Source: an uncultured Collinsella sp.
GTDB taxonomy: Bacteria > Actinomycetota > Coriobacteriia > Coriobacteriales > Coriobacteriaceae
Assembly: GCA_900550355.1 (NCBI GenBank)
Contig: URRT01000001.1
Span: forward strand, 1-63,749
Reading direction: 5' to 3'
DNA: 63,749 nt
Shown: piece by piece, positions 1-10,119 of the stretch
Numbering within the stretch: position 1 is the stretch's first letter
How the letters are laid out: each line of letters opens with the position of its first letter
The notes under the pieces: generated by a model
Databases searched by the model: none
What the model saw: only the letters and a program-made list of their open reading frames with translations
Told to the model about the DNA's origin: nothing
Made by a program: the position numbers and the translations under genes

Positions 1-136
1 GCAATCCGCTACGGGTACCGCTCCTGTGGTTGTGGGCGCTTTGATTGCGGCGGCGCTGCTGGGAAGCGCCGGCGTGCTACTTTGCCGCGATGACGAGGAC
101 GAGGTTCCGGAATCGCAAAATAGGCCTCAGTTTTAG
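1..136 (+). CDS. 3' end of a probable membrane protein (partial)
   Basis: Frame 2 reads QSATGTAPVVVGALIAAALLGSAGVLLCRDDEDEVPESQNRPQF* (TM helix plus acidic tail); a hairpin follows. Confidence 0.45.
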   Translation, partial: QSATGTAPVVVGALIAAALLGSAGVLLCRDDEDEVPESQNRPQF

Positions 137-153
137 CCTCGAGCCAAATGCGA

Positions 154-190
154 CAGGCCTTCGCGAAGACGGAATCCTCGCGAAGGCCTG
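154..190. terminator. Hairpin between convergent genes
   Basis: caggccttcgcga...tcgcgaaggcctg inverted repeat. Confidence 0.55.
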
Positions 191-226
191 CCTGCTTGTA
201 TTGCGCGCGTCGCGATGCGGCCGAGG

Positions 227-1141
227 CTACCAGCTGCTTTCTATTTCGCGAATCCTCCGGTAGAGCCAATCGTTTTGCGGCACTTGGATATCGTGCTTGG
301 CTGCGAGGCGGCAGATGGTGCCCGCGAACTCCTCGACTTCGGTTTTGCGCCTTGCGATGCGGTCTTGAGCCATCGAGGGCATACCGGCGGGGTCGATTCC
401 CTCGATGAGGTGCACCATCTGCGTCAGGTCTGCCTCGGTCAGCTCAATGCCCTCGGCGTTGGCGACCGCAAGCGTTTCGCGCATGGCAGAAACAAAGCGG
501 CGACGCTGCTCGGAGCCCGGCTCCGCGGCGCTTCCGTAGGTCCCGCCGTAGGCCATGCACGTCTGGTTGATGCCGTCGTTGAGCATGAGTTTGGCCCACA
601 TGCGGTGCGCAATGTCGCTCTCGACGGTATGGGCGATGCCGCAGCGCGTGTAGAGCTCGTCGATGGCGGTGACGGTTGCGGGCTCGGTGCCGGCCGCCGC
701 GCCAAAGCGGATTTCGCCCGCATTGGTAAAGGTGAGCTCTCCGTTGAGGAACACGGCGTCCATGCCCTGGCAAATACCAAGAACGGTATGCTCCCAGCCA
801 AAGCGCTCGGCAATCTTCTGCTCGCTCGTAATGCCGTTACACAGCGAGGCGATGAGCGTGTTGGGTCCCACGACGCGCTCCATGGTCTTGAGTGCTTGGT
901 CGAGACCCGTCGTCTTGACCGTGAGAATGACCAGATCGGCGGGCGTTGCCTCGCTGGCGCGCACGGACTTGAGTGCGCAGGGCTCGCCGTTGACCGTAAG
1001 GGCGTCGTCTGCGTGACGCTCGAAACGGGCGTCGTCCATGACGTATTCGACGGCATCGTCGCCGAGTGCCTGGGCGATCATGCTGCCGTAGAGTAGCCCG
1101 ACGCCCCCCTTGCCGATAAAGGCGACCTTGTTGATCTGCAT
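227..1141 (-). CDS. Ketopantoate reductase (PanE/ApbA) family protein
   Basis: Rossmann FIGKGGVG, LTVK, LCNG, MWAKLMLN and SMAQD...TEVE motifs; GAGGAG RBS 9 nt before ATG 1141. Confidence 0.85.
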   Translation of the reverse strand: MQINKVAFIGKGGVGLLYGSMIAQALGDDAVEYVMDDARFERHADDALTVNGEPCALKSVRASEATPADLVILTVKTTGLDQALKTMERVVGPNTLIASLCNGITSEQKIAERFGWEHTVLGICQGMDAVFLNGELTFTNAGEIRFGAAAGTEPATVTAIDELYTRCGIAHTVESDIAHRMWAKLMLNDGINQTCMAYGGTYGSAAEPGSEQRRRFVSAMRETLAVANAEGIELTEADLTQMVHLIEGIDPAGMPSMAQDRIARRKTEVEEFAGTICRLAAKHDIQVPQNDWLYRRIREIESSW

Positions 1142-1257
1142 GTGGATCATCTCCTCACAAAAAGGCGCCCGCGTGCGGGGCGCCTGATGGATTGTATGCC
1201 GCTGGGGCGTGTAGCGTGCACCGGAGGCTGAATTTAGAAGAACAAACGCATGGGAAC

Positions 1258-1452
1258 TTATGCCGCGGGGCAGATGGCAAAAACGCGTGCGGGATATCCA
1301 ACGCCATCGCGCACCTTGGGGAAGGTGCAGAAGATGACGGCGCCTGTGGCGGGAAGCTCGTCCAGATGGTCCATGACCTCGGTCTGGTAACGGTCGACCG
1401 AGAGGATGTACTGCTCGCCGGGGTAGGGGCAGGCGTCCTCACGTGTGGTCAC
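1258..1452 (-). pseudogene. Cyclase/kynurenine-formamidase family C-terminal fragment (internally deleted gene)
   Basis: EVMDHLDELPATGAVIFCTFPKVRDGVGYPARVFAI resembles the cyclase-family C-terminus; only 64 aa, with AAAGGAGG RBS and GTG. Confidence 0.6.
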
Positions 1453-1614
1453 GGTCGCCTCCTTTCATCGGGCTTTTTGCTGATGTTAAAGCGGTGTCGT
1501 GACGGCTCGATTTCTGCTACGTTACGATACATTCTCGATTGCGATTCCAATGTGTTTCGATGGCGTGGCCGTTGTGTTTCGCCTCATTAAGGCTTCGAGG
1601 GGAGAGGAGGGGCA

Positions 1615-2800
1615 GTGCAATATCGCGTTGACCCCAAAAGCGGCAACCGTATCTCGGCGCTGGGTCTGGGCTGCATGAGGTTTCCCGGTGCGCCGGGACA
1701 CCCCGATGCGAAGACGGCCGATGCCATCATCTCCCGTGCGGTAGAGCAGGGGATTAATTATCTGGATACCGCGTATCTTTATCCCGGTAACGAGGTGTGC
1801 GTGGGCGCCTCACTTGAGCGCTTGGGGCTGCGTGACCGGGTGTTGCTGGCGACTAAGTTGCCGCACGCTTCGTGCAAGTGCGCAGAGGATTTCGATCGGT
1901 TCTTCGACGAGCAGCTGCGCCGTTTGCGGGCTGACCATATCGACTATTACCTTATGCACAACATCACCTCGCCCGCGCAGTGGGAGCGCGTGGCAGCGTT
2001 GGGTATCGAGGACTGGATTGCGCACCAAAAGGCTGCGGGGCGTATTCGCAAGATAGGTTTTTCGTACCACGGCAGTGCGGCGGACTTCCTCACGATGCTT
2101 GACGCGTATGACTGGGACTTTTGCCAGATCCAGTACAACTACGCTGGAGAGCGCTACCAAGCAGGAACGGCGGGACTCATGGCAGCTGCCGAGCGCGGGC
2201 TCGCGGTGTTTGTGATGGAACCGCTTTTGGGTGGACGCCTGGCGGGCCAGTCCTCGGCGGGCGCGCGCGGTGCTCGATGACGTCCGCGATCCGTATCTGA
2301 AGACGCCGGCTGCTTGGGGCCTTTCGTGGGTGTGGAACCATCCTCAGGTCACGATGCTGCTTTCGGGCATGACCGACACCGCGCAGGTGGACGAGAACGC
2401 GGCATTGGCGGATTGCGCACTGCCGGATTCGATGACGACAGAGCAGCTCGATACCATCGCACGTGTGCTGGGAGAGTTTGAGAAATCGAATCGCGTGCCC
2501 TGTACGGGGTGCGGCTACTGCATGCCGTGCCCCAAGGGCATCAATATTCCCGGTTGCTTTGGCGCCTACAACGCGAGCTACGCGCATAGTTGGTTTACGG
2601 GGCTGTCTCAATACTTTACGGCGAGCGCGGTGCGGACGAACGAGCCCAAGCTAGTGAGCAATTGCGTCAAGTGCGGTAAATGCGCACGTCACTGCCCGCA
2701 GCACATCGATATCCCCGAGCGTCTCGACGATGTGCGCCGACGTTTCCAGCCTGGCCCCGTAACGGCCGCGCTTAAAGCTTTTTGCAAAACGCGCTCCTGA
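1615..2800 (+). pseudogene. Aldo/keto reductase with C-terminal 4Fe-4S dicluster domain, frameshifted
   Basis: ORF 1615-2280 (LGLGCMRF, DTAYLY, MEPLLGG) continues in another frame as 2231-2800 (CTGCGYCMPCP, CVKCGKCARHCP); shift near 2245-2265. Confidence 0.8.
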
Positions 2801-2907
2801 TGCCCCTTTTATAAGTTGCGGTGGAATAGTTCTTGTTTTTAGGCGGAATAACTGTTCCTGTTTGCGGCAGAATAGGGGCCAAACAGGAACTATTCCACCG
2901 CAACTGA
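2797..2907. repeat. Palindromic intergenic repeat, copy 1
   Basis: 23-bp inverted arms at 2814-2836 and 2883-2905; near-identical to 4009-4094. Confidence 0.85.
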
Positions 2908-2918
2908 AGGGGGCTGTC

Positions 2919-3938
2919 GTGGGCCATCGGGATTCATGTGATGATTTGCGTGAGGTTCGTTGGGGCGTTTTGGGCGCTGGGCGCATTTCGCATCGATTTG
3001 CATCGTCGCTCAAGGAGGTGGACGGGGCACGGCTTGTGGCTGCCGCCGGTCGCACTCCTTCGCATGTTGAGGAGTTTTGCAGGGCGTTTTCGATTGATGC
3101 CGCGCACAGTTATGCCACGGCTGACGATAACGGCGATGCAGCTTATGATGCGTTGATTGCCGACCCCGATGTCGACGCAATCTACTTGGCTCTTCCACAT
3201 GGCATGCATGCGCATTGGGTCTGTCGGGCACTGCGCGCGGGAAAGGCCGTGCTGTGCGAAAAGCCGGCCGTTTTGAATGAAGAAGAGGCCCATGCGATCG
3301 CCTCAGTTTCCCGTGAGCGCGGTGTGCCGTTTATGGAGGCGATGAAGAATCGGTTTTGCCCGATGCGCACTCGCGTGAAGGGCTTGCTTGCGTCGGGCGA
3401 GCTCGGTCGTATCGTCTCGATCGAAAGCGTGCAAAAACTTGATTATGGTGAGCCCCCTTCGAGCTATCTGCTCGATCCGTTGCAGGGCGGCTGTCTATAT
3501 GACATGGGCTGCTATGCGGTCGGGTGGTTTGAGGATCTGCTTTCGGGTGCGTGTGATGTTTCGTCTCGTGAAGTTCGCTGGCGTGACGTATCGGGCGGCC
3601 GCGTGGATTGGGCCGATGAGATTCGTATGAGCGTCGGCGGCATACCCATTCATATGGTGTGCGACGGCAAGGCAGCGTATGAAAGCCGCTTAACGATTGC
3701 CTGTGAGCGGGGCTCGTTGGAAATCGAGCGCCTCCATCGCCCCGAGCTCGCCCATGTGAAGTACTCCGACGGGCGAATGCTCGAAATAAATGCCCTGTTT
3801 GAGGTTGATGATTTCTACGGCGAAATCCAGCATGCGACCCAGCTCATCCGGGCGGGGAAACTCGAGAGTCCCGTCATGCCCCTTGCCGCCACACAGCGCT
3901 GCGCGCGCATTATCGATGCAATCCGTCTAGCCCTCTAG
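2919..3938 (+). CDS. Gfo/Idh/MocA family oxidoreductase
   Basis: WGVLGAGRI, AVLCEKP, GGCLYDMGCY; start uncertain. Confidence 0.88.
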   Translation: MGHRDSCDDLREVRWGVLGAGRISHRFASSLKEVDGARLVAAAGRTPSHVEEFCRAFSIDAAHSYATADDNGDAAYDALIADPDVDAIYLALPHGMHAHWVCRALRAGKAVLCEKPAVLNEEEAHAIASVSRERGVPFMEAMKNRFCPMRTRVKGLLASGELGRIVSIESVQKLDYGEPPSSYLLDPLQGGCLYDMGCYAVGWFEDLLSGACDVSSREVRWRDVSGGRVDWADEIRMSVGGIPIHMVCDGKAAYESRLTIACERGSLEIERLHRPELAHVKYSDGRMLEINALFEVDDFYGEIQHATQLIRAGKLESPVMPLAATQRCARIIDAIRLAL

Positions 3939-4008
3939 GACTTGGTGCTGACGCATGGGGGATCATGATGCTGGCGACCGTAGCCGTAGTGCTCGGTGGC
4001 CCGCATCT

Positions 4009-4094
4009 CTGATGCCCCTTTTATAAGTTGCGGTGGAATAGTTCCTGTTTGCGGCAGAATAGGGCATCGACAGGAACTATTTCACCGCAACTGA
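4009..4094. repeat. Palindromic intergenic repeat, copy 2
   Basis: agttgcggtggaatagttcctgt...acaggaactatttcaccgcaact, with the same ctgatgcccctttt 5' flank as copy 1. Confidence 0.85.
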
Positions 4095-4110
4095 TGAGGG
4101 GGAGCTGGAG

Positions 4111-4977
4111 ATGCTGACGATTGGGTGTCATCTTTCGACGACGAAGGGCTATCGGGCGATGGGGGAGACGGCGCTATCCATCGGCGCCAATACCTTTGCA
4201 TTCTTTACGCGCAATCCGCGCGGTGGCAAGGCGAAAGACCTTGATATGGATGATGTGGCGGCCCTGCGTGACCTTATGGCGCAAAATGATTTTGGCCCAC
4301 TCGTGGCGCATGCCCCCTATACCTACAACCCCTGTTCTGCCAAAGAGCGGGCGCGTGAGTTTGCCTTGGAGGCAATGGCCGAAGACTTGCAGCGTCTGGA
4401 AGCACTGCCCGGCAACTACTACAACTTCCACCCCGGCGCACATGTGGGGCAGGGGACTGATGCCGGCATTCAGATGATCGTCGACACCCTGTGCCAGGTG
4501 ATGTTTGAGGGCCAGCAGACGACGGTGTTGCTCGAGACCATGGCCGGCAAGGGCACCGAGGTGGGCCGCAGCTTTGAGGAGCTGGCGCTCATCATCGAGG
4601 GCGTTGCCGACAAGCGCCCCGAGCTGTCGGCCAAGCTGGGCGTGTGTCTGGACACCTGCCATGTGAATGACGCCGGCTATGACATCGTCTGCGATCTTGA
4701 CGGTGTGCTTGACGAGTTCGATCGTGTGGTGGGTATCGAGCGCCTGCGCGCCGTGCACATCAATGACTCCAAGAATCCCTGCGGCGCCCATAAGGACCGC
4801 CACGAATGCATCGGTAAGGGCTATCTGGGTAGTGAAGAGTTTGGCGGCGGTATGCAGGTTATGCAGAATATTGTATTGAATAGCCGCTTGCGTGCGCTTC
4901 CATTCATTTTGGAGACGCCTAACGAACTTGCAGGTTATGCAGCGGAAATTACGCTATTAAGGTCATTGCAGCAGTAA
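4111..4977 (+). CDS. nfo: Endonuclease IV (deoxyribonuclease IV)
   Basis: [46 protein letters not shown]. Confidence 0.95.
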   Translation: MLTIGCHLSTTKGYRAMGETALSIGANTFAFFTRNPRGGKAKDLDMDDVAALRDLMAQNDFGPLVAHAPYTYNPCSAKERAREFALEAMAEDLQRLEALPGNYYNFHPGAHVGQGTDAGIQMIVDTLCQVMFEGQQTTVLLETMAGKGTEVGRSFEELALIIEGVADKRPELSAKLGVCLDTCHVNDAGYDIVCDLDGVLDEFDRVVGIERLRAVHINDSKNPCGAHKDRHECIGKGYLGSEEFGGGMQVMQNIVLNSRLRALPFILETPNELAGYAAEITLLRSLQQ

Positions 4978-5124
4978 TGACTGTCACAAAGTGGAGTGTT
5001 CCATTCACGTTATGGGTTTGTTTCAATCAGTTTTCTAATTGCAGTTTCGCATTTACGGGTGCATAATATCCAACAGTTTTTGCAGACCTCTGAATCAAAC
5101 GGGGTCACCGGAAGGAGACTGATT

Positions 5125-5985
5125 ATGAAGCTGAAGAAGCTTGGCGCATTTGCCGCCACGGGCGCCATGGCGATCGCCCTCGCACTGACGGGCTGCGGCT
5201 CGTCCAACGCCACCTCTGGTTCTGATGCCGGTTCCAGCAGCTCTGACGACGCTAAGGTCGAGAAGGTCGACGGCTCCAAGGAGTACGCGCTCGTCAAGGA
5301 CGGTACGCTGACCGTCGGCACCTCTGCCGAGTACGCTCCGTTTGAGTACAAGGATGACAACGGCGATTATCAGGGCTTTGACCTTGAGCTCATCAAGGCT
5401 ATCGGCGACAAGCTGGGCCTGGATGTCGAGTACGTCAACAATGACTTCGACACACTCGTACCCGGTGTCGCTTCGGGCGCTAAGTACGACGTCTCCATCG
5501 CGGCTATCACCGACACGCCCGAGCGTGAGAAGGAAGTCACTTTCTCCGATTCCTACTACATGGACGATCAGGCTATCGTGACCAAGGTCGATAACACCGA
5601 CATCACGGCCGACAACTACAGCGAGAAGCTCAACAACGCCGACGCTACCATCATCGTTCAGTCTGGCTCGACCGCCGAGTCCTTTGCCCAGGAGAACTTC
5701 CCCAAGGCCAAGATCGTCCCCTACAAGGACGCTACCGAGTGCTTCAGCGCCCTGCAGTCCGATAAGGGCGACGCCGTAGTCACCAACCGCTCCGTTGCCA
5801 GCCAGCTGACCGCCGAGCAGTTCAACACCTGCCAGACCATCAAGCAGATCAGCACCGGCGAGGAGTACGCCATCGCCATCAACCAGGGCAACACCAAGCT
5901 CAAGGACGACATCAACCAGGCCATCAAGGACCTGACCGACGACGGTACCGTCGACGCCCTCATGGCTAAGTACAACATCAAGTAA
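5125..5985 (+). CDS. Amino acid ABC transporter substrate-binding lipoprotein
   Basis: Lipobox LTGC, SBP family 3 motifs (VGTSAEYAPFEY, GFDLEL). Confidence 0.92.
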   Translation: MKLKKLGAFAATGAMAIALALTGCGSSNATSGSDAGSSSSDDAKVEKVDGSKEYALVKDGTLTVGTSAEYAPFEYKDDNGDYQGFDLELIKAIGDKLGLDVEYVNNDFDTLVPGVASGAKYDVSIAAITDTPEREKEVTFSDSYYMDDQAIVTKVDNTDITADNYSEKLNNADATIIVQSGSTAESFAQENFPKAKIVPYKDATECFSALQSDKGDAVVTNRSVASQLTAEQFNTCQTIKQISTGEEYAIAINQGNTKLKDDINQAIKDLTDDGTVDALMAKYNIK

Positions 5986-6103
5986 AATAGCTACTTGATT
6001 GCGCGCGGGCCCTTTCCGTTTTGGCGGAGAGGGCCTTTGCGCTTCTCTTGACGGAGAGTGCTTCCGTCTCGTTTTGCCGGCAACTTCTACGATAGGAGCC
6101 ACC

Positions 6104-7465
6104 TTGTCTCGATTGAACGAAGGGGCTGCGGAGCAGCGTTTTCCACTGCCCGCCTTGCTCCAAAAGCTAGCCTGCGCCATGGCCGTGGCGCTCGCGCTGG
6201 CGTGCGTGGGGGCATATGCGCCCACGACCGCCCAGGCGCTTGAGACCGCAAAGATTACCGCCCGACCCAACACCGGTTCGGGCAGCGCTGTGGTCGGCGG
6301 CACCGAGACGCGCATTACCTGGGAGGTCCAGGCCGATGCCGATGAGGAACTGAGCGGTCTTTCGCTGACGTTTGTCGACGGCACGACGTTTGGTACCGAT
6401 GACACGCGATTGACGATGCTCTCGGGCGAGGACCTCATGGATCGTACGCCCATGAAGCCCAAGTGCAAGGCTGACGGCCAGACGCTCAAGATCGACTTTG
6501 GCGAGACGGCGCCTGCCGGCGGCTTTTTCCGTGTCGAGGTTTACGGCGTGACGTTTCCCGTCGAGGGCGGCGATGAGGCCTTTAGCGGCACCTATACGCT
6601 CGCCGACGGTTCGACCAAGAAGATTTCCAAGATTCCTTCCGTCGAGATCAAGGGCGTGACGGCATTCGATAACTTCCTGGCCGATCTTAAGGAGCAGCCG
6701 TGGGTCGAGGCGTGGAATTCCAACATGTTCCTTCGCCTGTTCCTGAACCCGGTCATTTTGGTTCAGAGCCTGCCGATTGTCTTTAAGGGCTTCCTTATGT
6801 CGCTCTCGATCGTGCTCGTGGCATTTCCGTTGGCCATTCCCTTTGGCTTTGCGCTGTCGCTCATGCGCATTTCCAAGTCGCGCATCCTTCGTTGTCTTGC
6901 CGGCATCTATGTGAATATCATCCGCGGTACGCCGGCGTTCCTGCAGATTTACATTGCATTCTTTGGCCTGCCGCTTGCCGGCGTCAAGGTTGACGACTAC
7001 GTCTTGGGCGTTATCGTCATGGCCATGAACTCGTCTGCGTACCTGTGCGAGATTTTCCGTGCCGGTATTCAGTCGATCCCCAAGGGCCAGAACGAGGCTG
7101 CTCGCTCGCTGGGCATGAATGCCTTCCAGACACTGCTCTACGTTATGATTCCGCAGACGTTCCGCAATGTCCTGCCTACGCTGACCAGCGAGTTCATCCT
7201 GCTTTACAAGGATACGTCGCTGCTCGCGGCCGTGGGCGTGGTCGAGATCGTCATGAACGCCCGCACCATCGTGGCCACGACGGGCTCCATCACGCCGTAT
7301 GTGGTTGCCGCCCTGTTCTACCTGGTCATCACCCTGCCGCTTGCGCGCTTGGTGAGCGGTCTTGAGGCGAGGCTGCTGGGTACGGCCGAAACCAAAAAGA
7401 AGCGTCCCACCAAGAGCGCCGGACAGGTTGTCGCGACGCCCGCCGATCACATCGCCGGTCTGTAA
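6104..7465 (+). CDS. Amino acid ABC transporter permease with N-terminal extracytoplasmic domain
   Basis: RGTP and EIFRAGIQSIPKGQNEAARSLG (EAA loop); AGGAG RBS before TTG 6104. Confidence 0.88.
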   Translation: MSRLNEGAAEQRFPLPALLQKLACAMAVALALACVGAYAPTTAQALETAKITARPNTGSGSAVVGGTETRITWEVQADADEELSGLSLTFVDGTTFGTDDTRLTMLSGEDLMDRTPMKPKCKADGQTLKIDFGETAPAGGFFRVEVYGVTFPVEGGDEAFSGTYTLADGSTKKISKIPSVEIKGVTAFDNFLADLKEQPWVEAWNSNMFLRLFLNPVILVQSLPIVFKGFLMSLSIVLVAFPLAIPFGFALSLMRISKSRILRCLAGIYVNIIRGTPAFLQIYIAFFGLPLAGVKVDDYVLGVIVMAMNSSAYLCEIFRAGIQSIPKGQNEAARSLGMNAFQTLLYVMIPQTFRNVLPTLTSEFILLYKDTSLLAAVGVVEIVMNARTIVATTGSITPYVVAALFYLVITLPLARLVSGLEARLLGTAETKKKRPTKSAGQVVATPADHIAGL

Positions 7466-7477
7466 GGAGGTTCTATT

Positions 7478-8230
7478 ATGAGCGAAACTAATAACTCGAA
7501 CGAGGTCGTCGTCAGCATCAAGAACCTCCAGAAGGCCTTTGGCGATAACGTGGTCCTGCGCGATATCGATCTGGATGTGCACAAGGGCGAGGTCGTCGTA
7601 GTCCTGGGTCCTTCGGGCTCGGGCAAGTCGACGATGCTTCGCTGCATCAATCGTCTGGAGCATCCCACGAGCGGATCGATTGTCGTTGAGGGCGTGGACG
7701 TGTGCGCCAAGGGCGTCGACCTTAACAAAGTACGTACGCATCTGGGTATGGTGTTCCAGCAGTTCAATTTGTTCCCGCACCTGTCAGTCAAAAAGAACGT
7801 CATGCTCGCGCAGCAAAAGGTGCTCAAGCGCAGCAAGGAAGAGGCCGAGAAAATTGCCATTGAGGAACTGACGAAGGTCGGTCTTGCCGAGCGCATCGAC
7901 TTTATGCCGAGCCAGCTCTCGGGCGGTCAGCAACAGCGCGTGGCGATCGCCCGCGCCCTGTCGATGAATTCGCACGTGATGCTCTTTGACGAGGCCACGT
8001 CAGCGCTTGACCCCGAGCTTGTCCGCGACGTTCTGGGTGTCATGCGTGACCTGGCACGCGACGGCATGACCATGATTGTGGTGACGCACGAGATGGGCTT
8101 CGCCCGCGACGTCGCCGACCGCGTCGTCTTTATGGACGGTGGCGTCATTGTGGAAGAGGGTACGCCGAGCGAGGTCTTCGACCACCCCAAGAGCGAGCGC
8201 ACCAAGGCGTTCTTGGGCAATATCTCATAG
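7478..8230 (+). CDS. Amino acid ABC transporter ATP-binding protein (GlnQ-like)
   Basis: [26 protein letters not shown]. Confidence 0.95.
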   Translation: MSETNNSNEVVVSIKNLQKAFGDNVVLRDIDLDVHKGEVVVVLGPSGSGKSTMLRCINRLEHPTSGSIVVEGVDVCAKGVDLNKVRTHLGMVFQQFNLFPHLSVKKNVMLAQQKVLKRSKEEAEKIAIEELTKVGLAERIDFMPSQLSGGQQQRVAIARALSMNSHVMLFDEATSALDPELVRDVLGVMRDLARDGMTMIVVTHEMGFARDVADRVVFMDGGVIVEEGTPSEVFDHPKSERTKAFLGNIS

Positions 8231-8256
8231 CGGCGCGTCGAGGTTATCGATATAAC

Positions 8257-8294
8257 AAACGGGGACCGGATGGGAATATCCGGTCCCCGTTTTT
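8257..8294. terminator. Bidirectional intrinsic terminator
   Basis: aaacggggaccgga...tccggtccccgtttt between convergent genes. Confidence 0.75.
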
Positions 8295-8365
8295 GTTTGG
8301 GCATGAGCGACTGTTGTTGTGCGGTACTCGGCTGTCAGTTGCCTTGCGACTTTCTGACGGCTTCG

Positions 8366-8785
8366 TTAGGCCAGCTCCGCTCCCAGGGCCTTGCAGGCCG
8401 CTTCGCCCTCGTCGTCGGGTGCGTCGTAGCAGATGACGGAATCTACGACGTTGACGCCGGCCTCGTCGGCGTCGGCCTTCCAGTTGTCCATCCACTCGCC
8501 CTCGGCCCACGAGTAGGAGCCAAAAAGGACGACCTTCTTATCGCCGAGGGTCTCCTTGACCTCGTCCCACATAGGCTGGAACTCGTCATACTCAAGCTCC
8601 TCGGAACCCATGGCGGGGCAGCCGAAGGCAATGGCGTCATAGCTGGCGGCCTTGTCTGCGGAGAAGTCGGCGCAGGAGATGACCTCTGCCTCGGCGCCGG
8701 CACCGGTTGCGCCCTCAGCGACGAAGTTTGCCATGGCCTCGGTGTTGCCTGTACCGCTCCAGTAGACGACTGCGATCTTGCTCAT
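8366..8785 (-). CDS. Flavodoxin (short chain)
   Basis: IAVVYWSGTGNTE FMN loop, FGCPAMG, FGSYSW. Confidence 0.93.
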   Translation of the reverse strand: MSKIAVVYWSGTGNTEAMANFVAEGATGAGAEAEVISCADFSADKAASYDAIAFGCPAMGSEELEYDEFQPMWDEVKETLGDKKVVLFGSYSWAEGEWMDNWKADADEAGVNVVDSVICYDAPDDEGEAACKALGAELA

Positions 8786-8831
8786 ATGTTTTCCTTTCGG
8801 TTGTGCGGCGTGCGGCCGCGTTTTGTATGCT

Positions 8832-9536
8832 CTATCGGGTTGCCTGGACAAGTTGTCCCAGGGTGCAGCCCTGTTGATAGATGTAGGTAAGGTATTGCGT
8901 GCATGCGCGATAGGAATCGAAGGTCGTGAGCGCCTGCTCAACGTTTGTGTATACCTTCCATGCGCCAAAGACCTTATAGTTTTCGCCGTGCTGGACGATA
9001 AACTGATGGACATCTTCGTAGGGATAGCCCAAAAAATAGCCAATTTCGTGGGGGAACTCGCACGTGCACCCCGTATCGCAGTGCCTATTCCGTGCGAGTG
9101 CGCAGACGCTGCCGTCATAGGCGCTTTCTGCGGCATTGCTGCTTGCCAGCGTGATGCGCGCGGCGAGATGCACCAGGGATGCGGGCAGGTTGTGGACATC
9201 GTAACCTTCGGCGGCAAGCGCCGTCGTGGCGCGGGGGTCGGAGAGGTATCGCATGAGGTCCGCAGGGCGGTACACATAGATGAGCGCTCCGCAGGGGCGC
9301 CAGACCAAAACGCTCATATGGATCCCGAGTGGCTGGAGCTCGCGGTTGCATTGGGTTATGACGGCGAGCAGGCGAGAGCGTCGCCCTTCGATATGGGCGG
9401 CGCCGGGTTTTCCGTTTTGGTTGGCGTAAACGCCGGGATAGGTAAAGAGCGATGCCGGTTTGATGCTCGCGAGCGTGGGGGAGCAGTTGCGCACGACCGC
9501 TGCCTGAAACGTTGGAATGTCTATGGTTCGAGTCAC
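8832..9536 (-). CDS. DUF3793 family protein
   Basis: CSPTLASIKPASLF, FPHEIGYFLGYPYEDV, WKVY; upstream of flavodoxin. Confidence 0.8.
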   Translation of the reverse strand: MTRTIDIPTFQAAVVRNCSPTLASIKPASLFTYPGVYANQNGKPGAAHIEGRRSRLLAVITQCNRELQPLGIHMSVLVWRPCGALIYVYRPADLMRYLSDPRATTALAAEGYDVHNLPASLVHLAARITLASSNAAESAYDGSVCALARNRHCDTGCTCEFPHEIGYFLGYPYEDVHQFIVQHGENYKVFGAWKVYTNVEQALTTFDSYRACTQYLTYIYQQGCTLGQLVQATR

Positions 9537-9558
9537 GGCGCTCCTTCTGGTCCTCACT

Positions 9559-9602
9559 GTTAGCCTAGGAAAACTTATACACGAAAGTAAGCCATGGTCA
9601 AC
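9559..9602. promoter_or_regulatory. Two imperfect GTTAGCC-N2-GGCTAAC palindromes (putative DtxR-type iron boxes)
   Basis: gttagcctaggaaaac 9559-9574 and gtaagccatggtcaac 9587-9602, upstream of DUF3793-flavodoxin. Confidence 0.5.
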
Positions 9603-9663
9603 TAAAAAGTTTGAAGAGGGAAACTAATTGACCGAACGGACATGATTTTGGGTTAAGATGGGG

Positions 9664-9680
9664 ACACCCCATGGGGGTAT
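9664..9680. promoter_or_regulatory. Putative CsoR-type copper operator
   Basis: acaccccatgggggtat C-tract/G-tract pseudo-palindrome just upstream of an HMA-domain gene. Confidence 0.55.
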
Positions 9681-9709
9681 TTAGATAGGGCTACTTGAAA
9701 GGGGAGCGC

Positions 9710-10093
9710 GTGAGTGACTTGCTCAACCCTGCAAATCTCATCGTGCTGGCCGTCATTGCCGTCGGCATGTTTTTTGGACTGCGTCGCATTGCCGCTTCGA
9801 CACACGGGAAGAGTTGTTGCAGCGATGGCGCGAGCGGCAAGAAGGCCAAGAAGGTAGTGGTTGCGGATACTGATCCGTCCCACTACCCCTATAGCGATGA
9901 GCTGCTTATCGGCGGCATGAGTTGCGACGGCTGCGCTCAGAACGTGGCCAATGCCCTGAATGCGCTGGATGACGTGTGGGCAACGGTGACGTATGCGGAC
10001 CACACGGCACGCGTACGCTCTAAGCAGCCGATCGACCGCGGCGCTCTCGTGGCGGCCGTGAGAGATGCGGGTTACTACGTTATGACGCTGTAG
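9710..10093 (+). CDS. Heavy-metal-associated (CopZ-like) protein with N-terminal TM helix
   Basis: IGGMSCDGCAQNV (GMxCxxC); hydrophobic N-terminus. Confidence 0.85.
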   Translation: MSDLLNPANLIVLAVIAVGMFFGLRRIAASTHGKSCCSDGASGKKAKKVVVADTDPSHYPYSDELLIGGMSCDGCAQNVANALNALDDVWATVTYADHTARVRSKQPIDRGALVAAVRDAGYYVMTL

Positions 10094-10119
10094 GCCTTGC
10101 CTTGGATGCGCGTCCTTGT

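Noticed and set aside
2797..4094. Repeats as a possible CRISPR array
   Set aside because: Only two copies 1.2 kb apart; no repeat-spacer periodicity and no cas genes in the window.
8786..9277. Long N-terminal extension of flavodoxin in the ORF track
   Set aside because: Overlaps the DUF3793 gene; the RBS and family N-terminus indicate a start at 8785.
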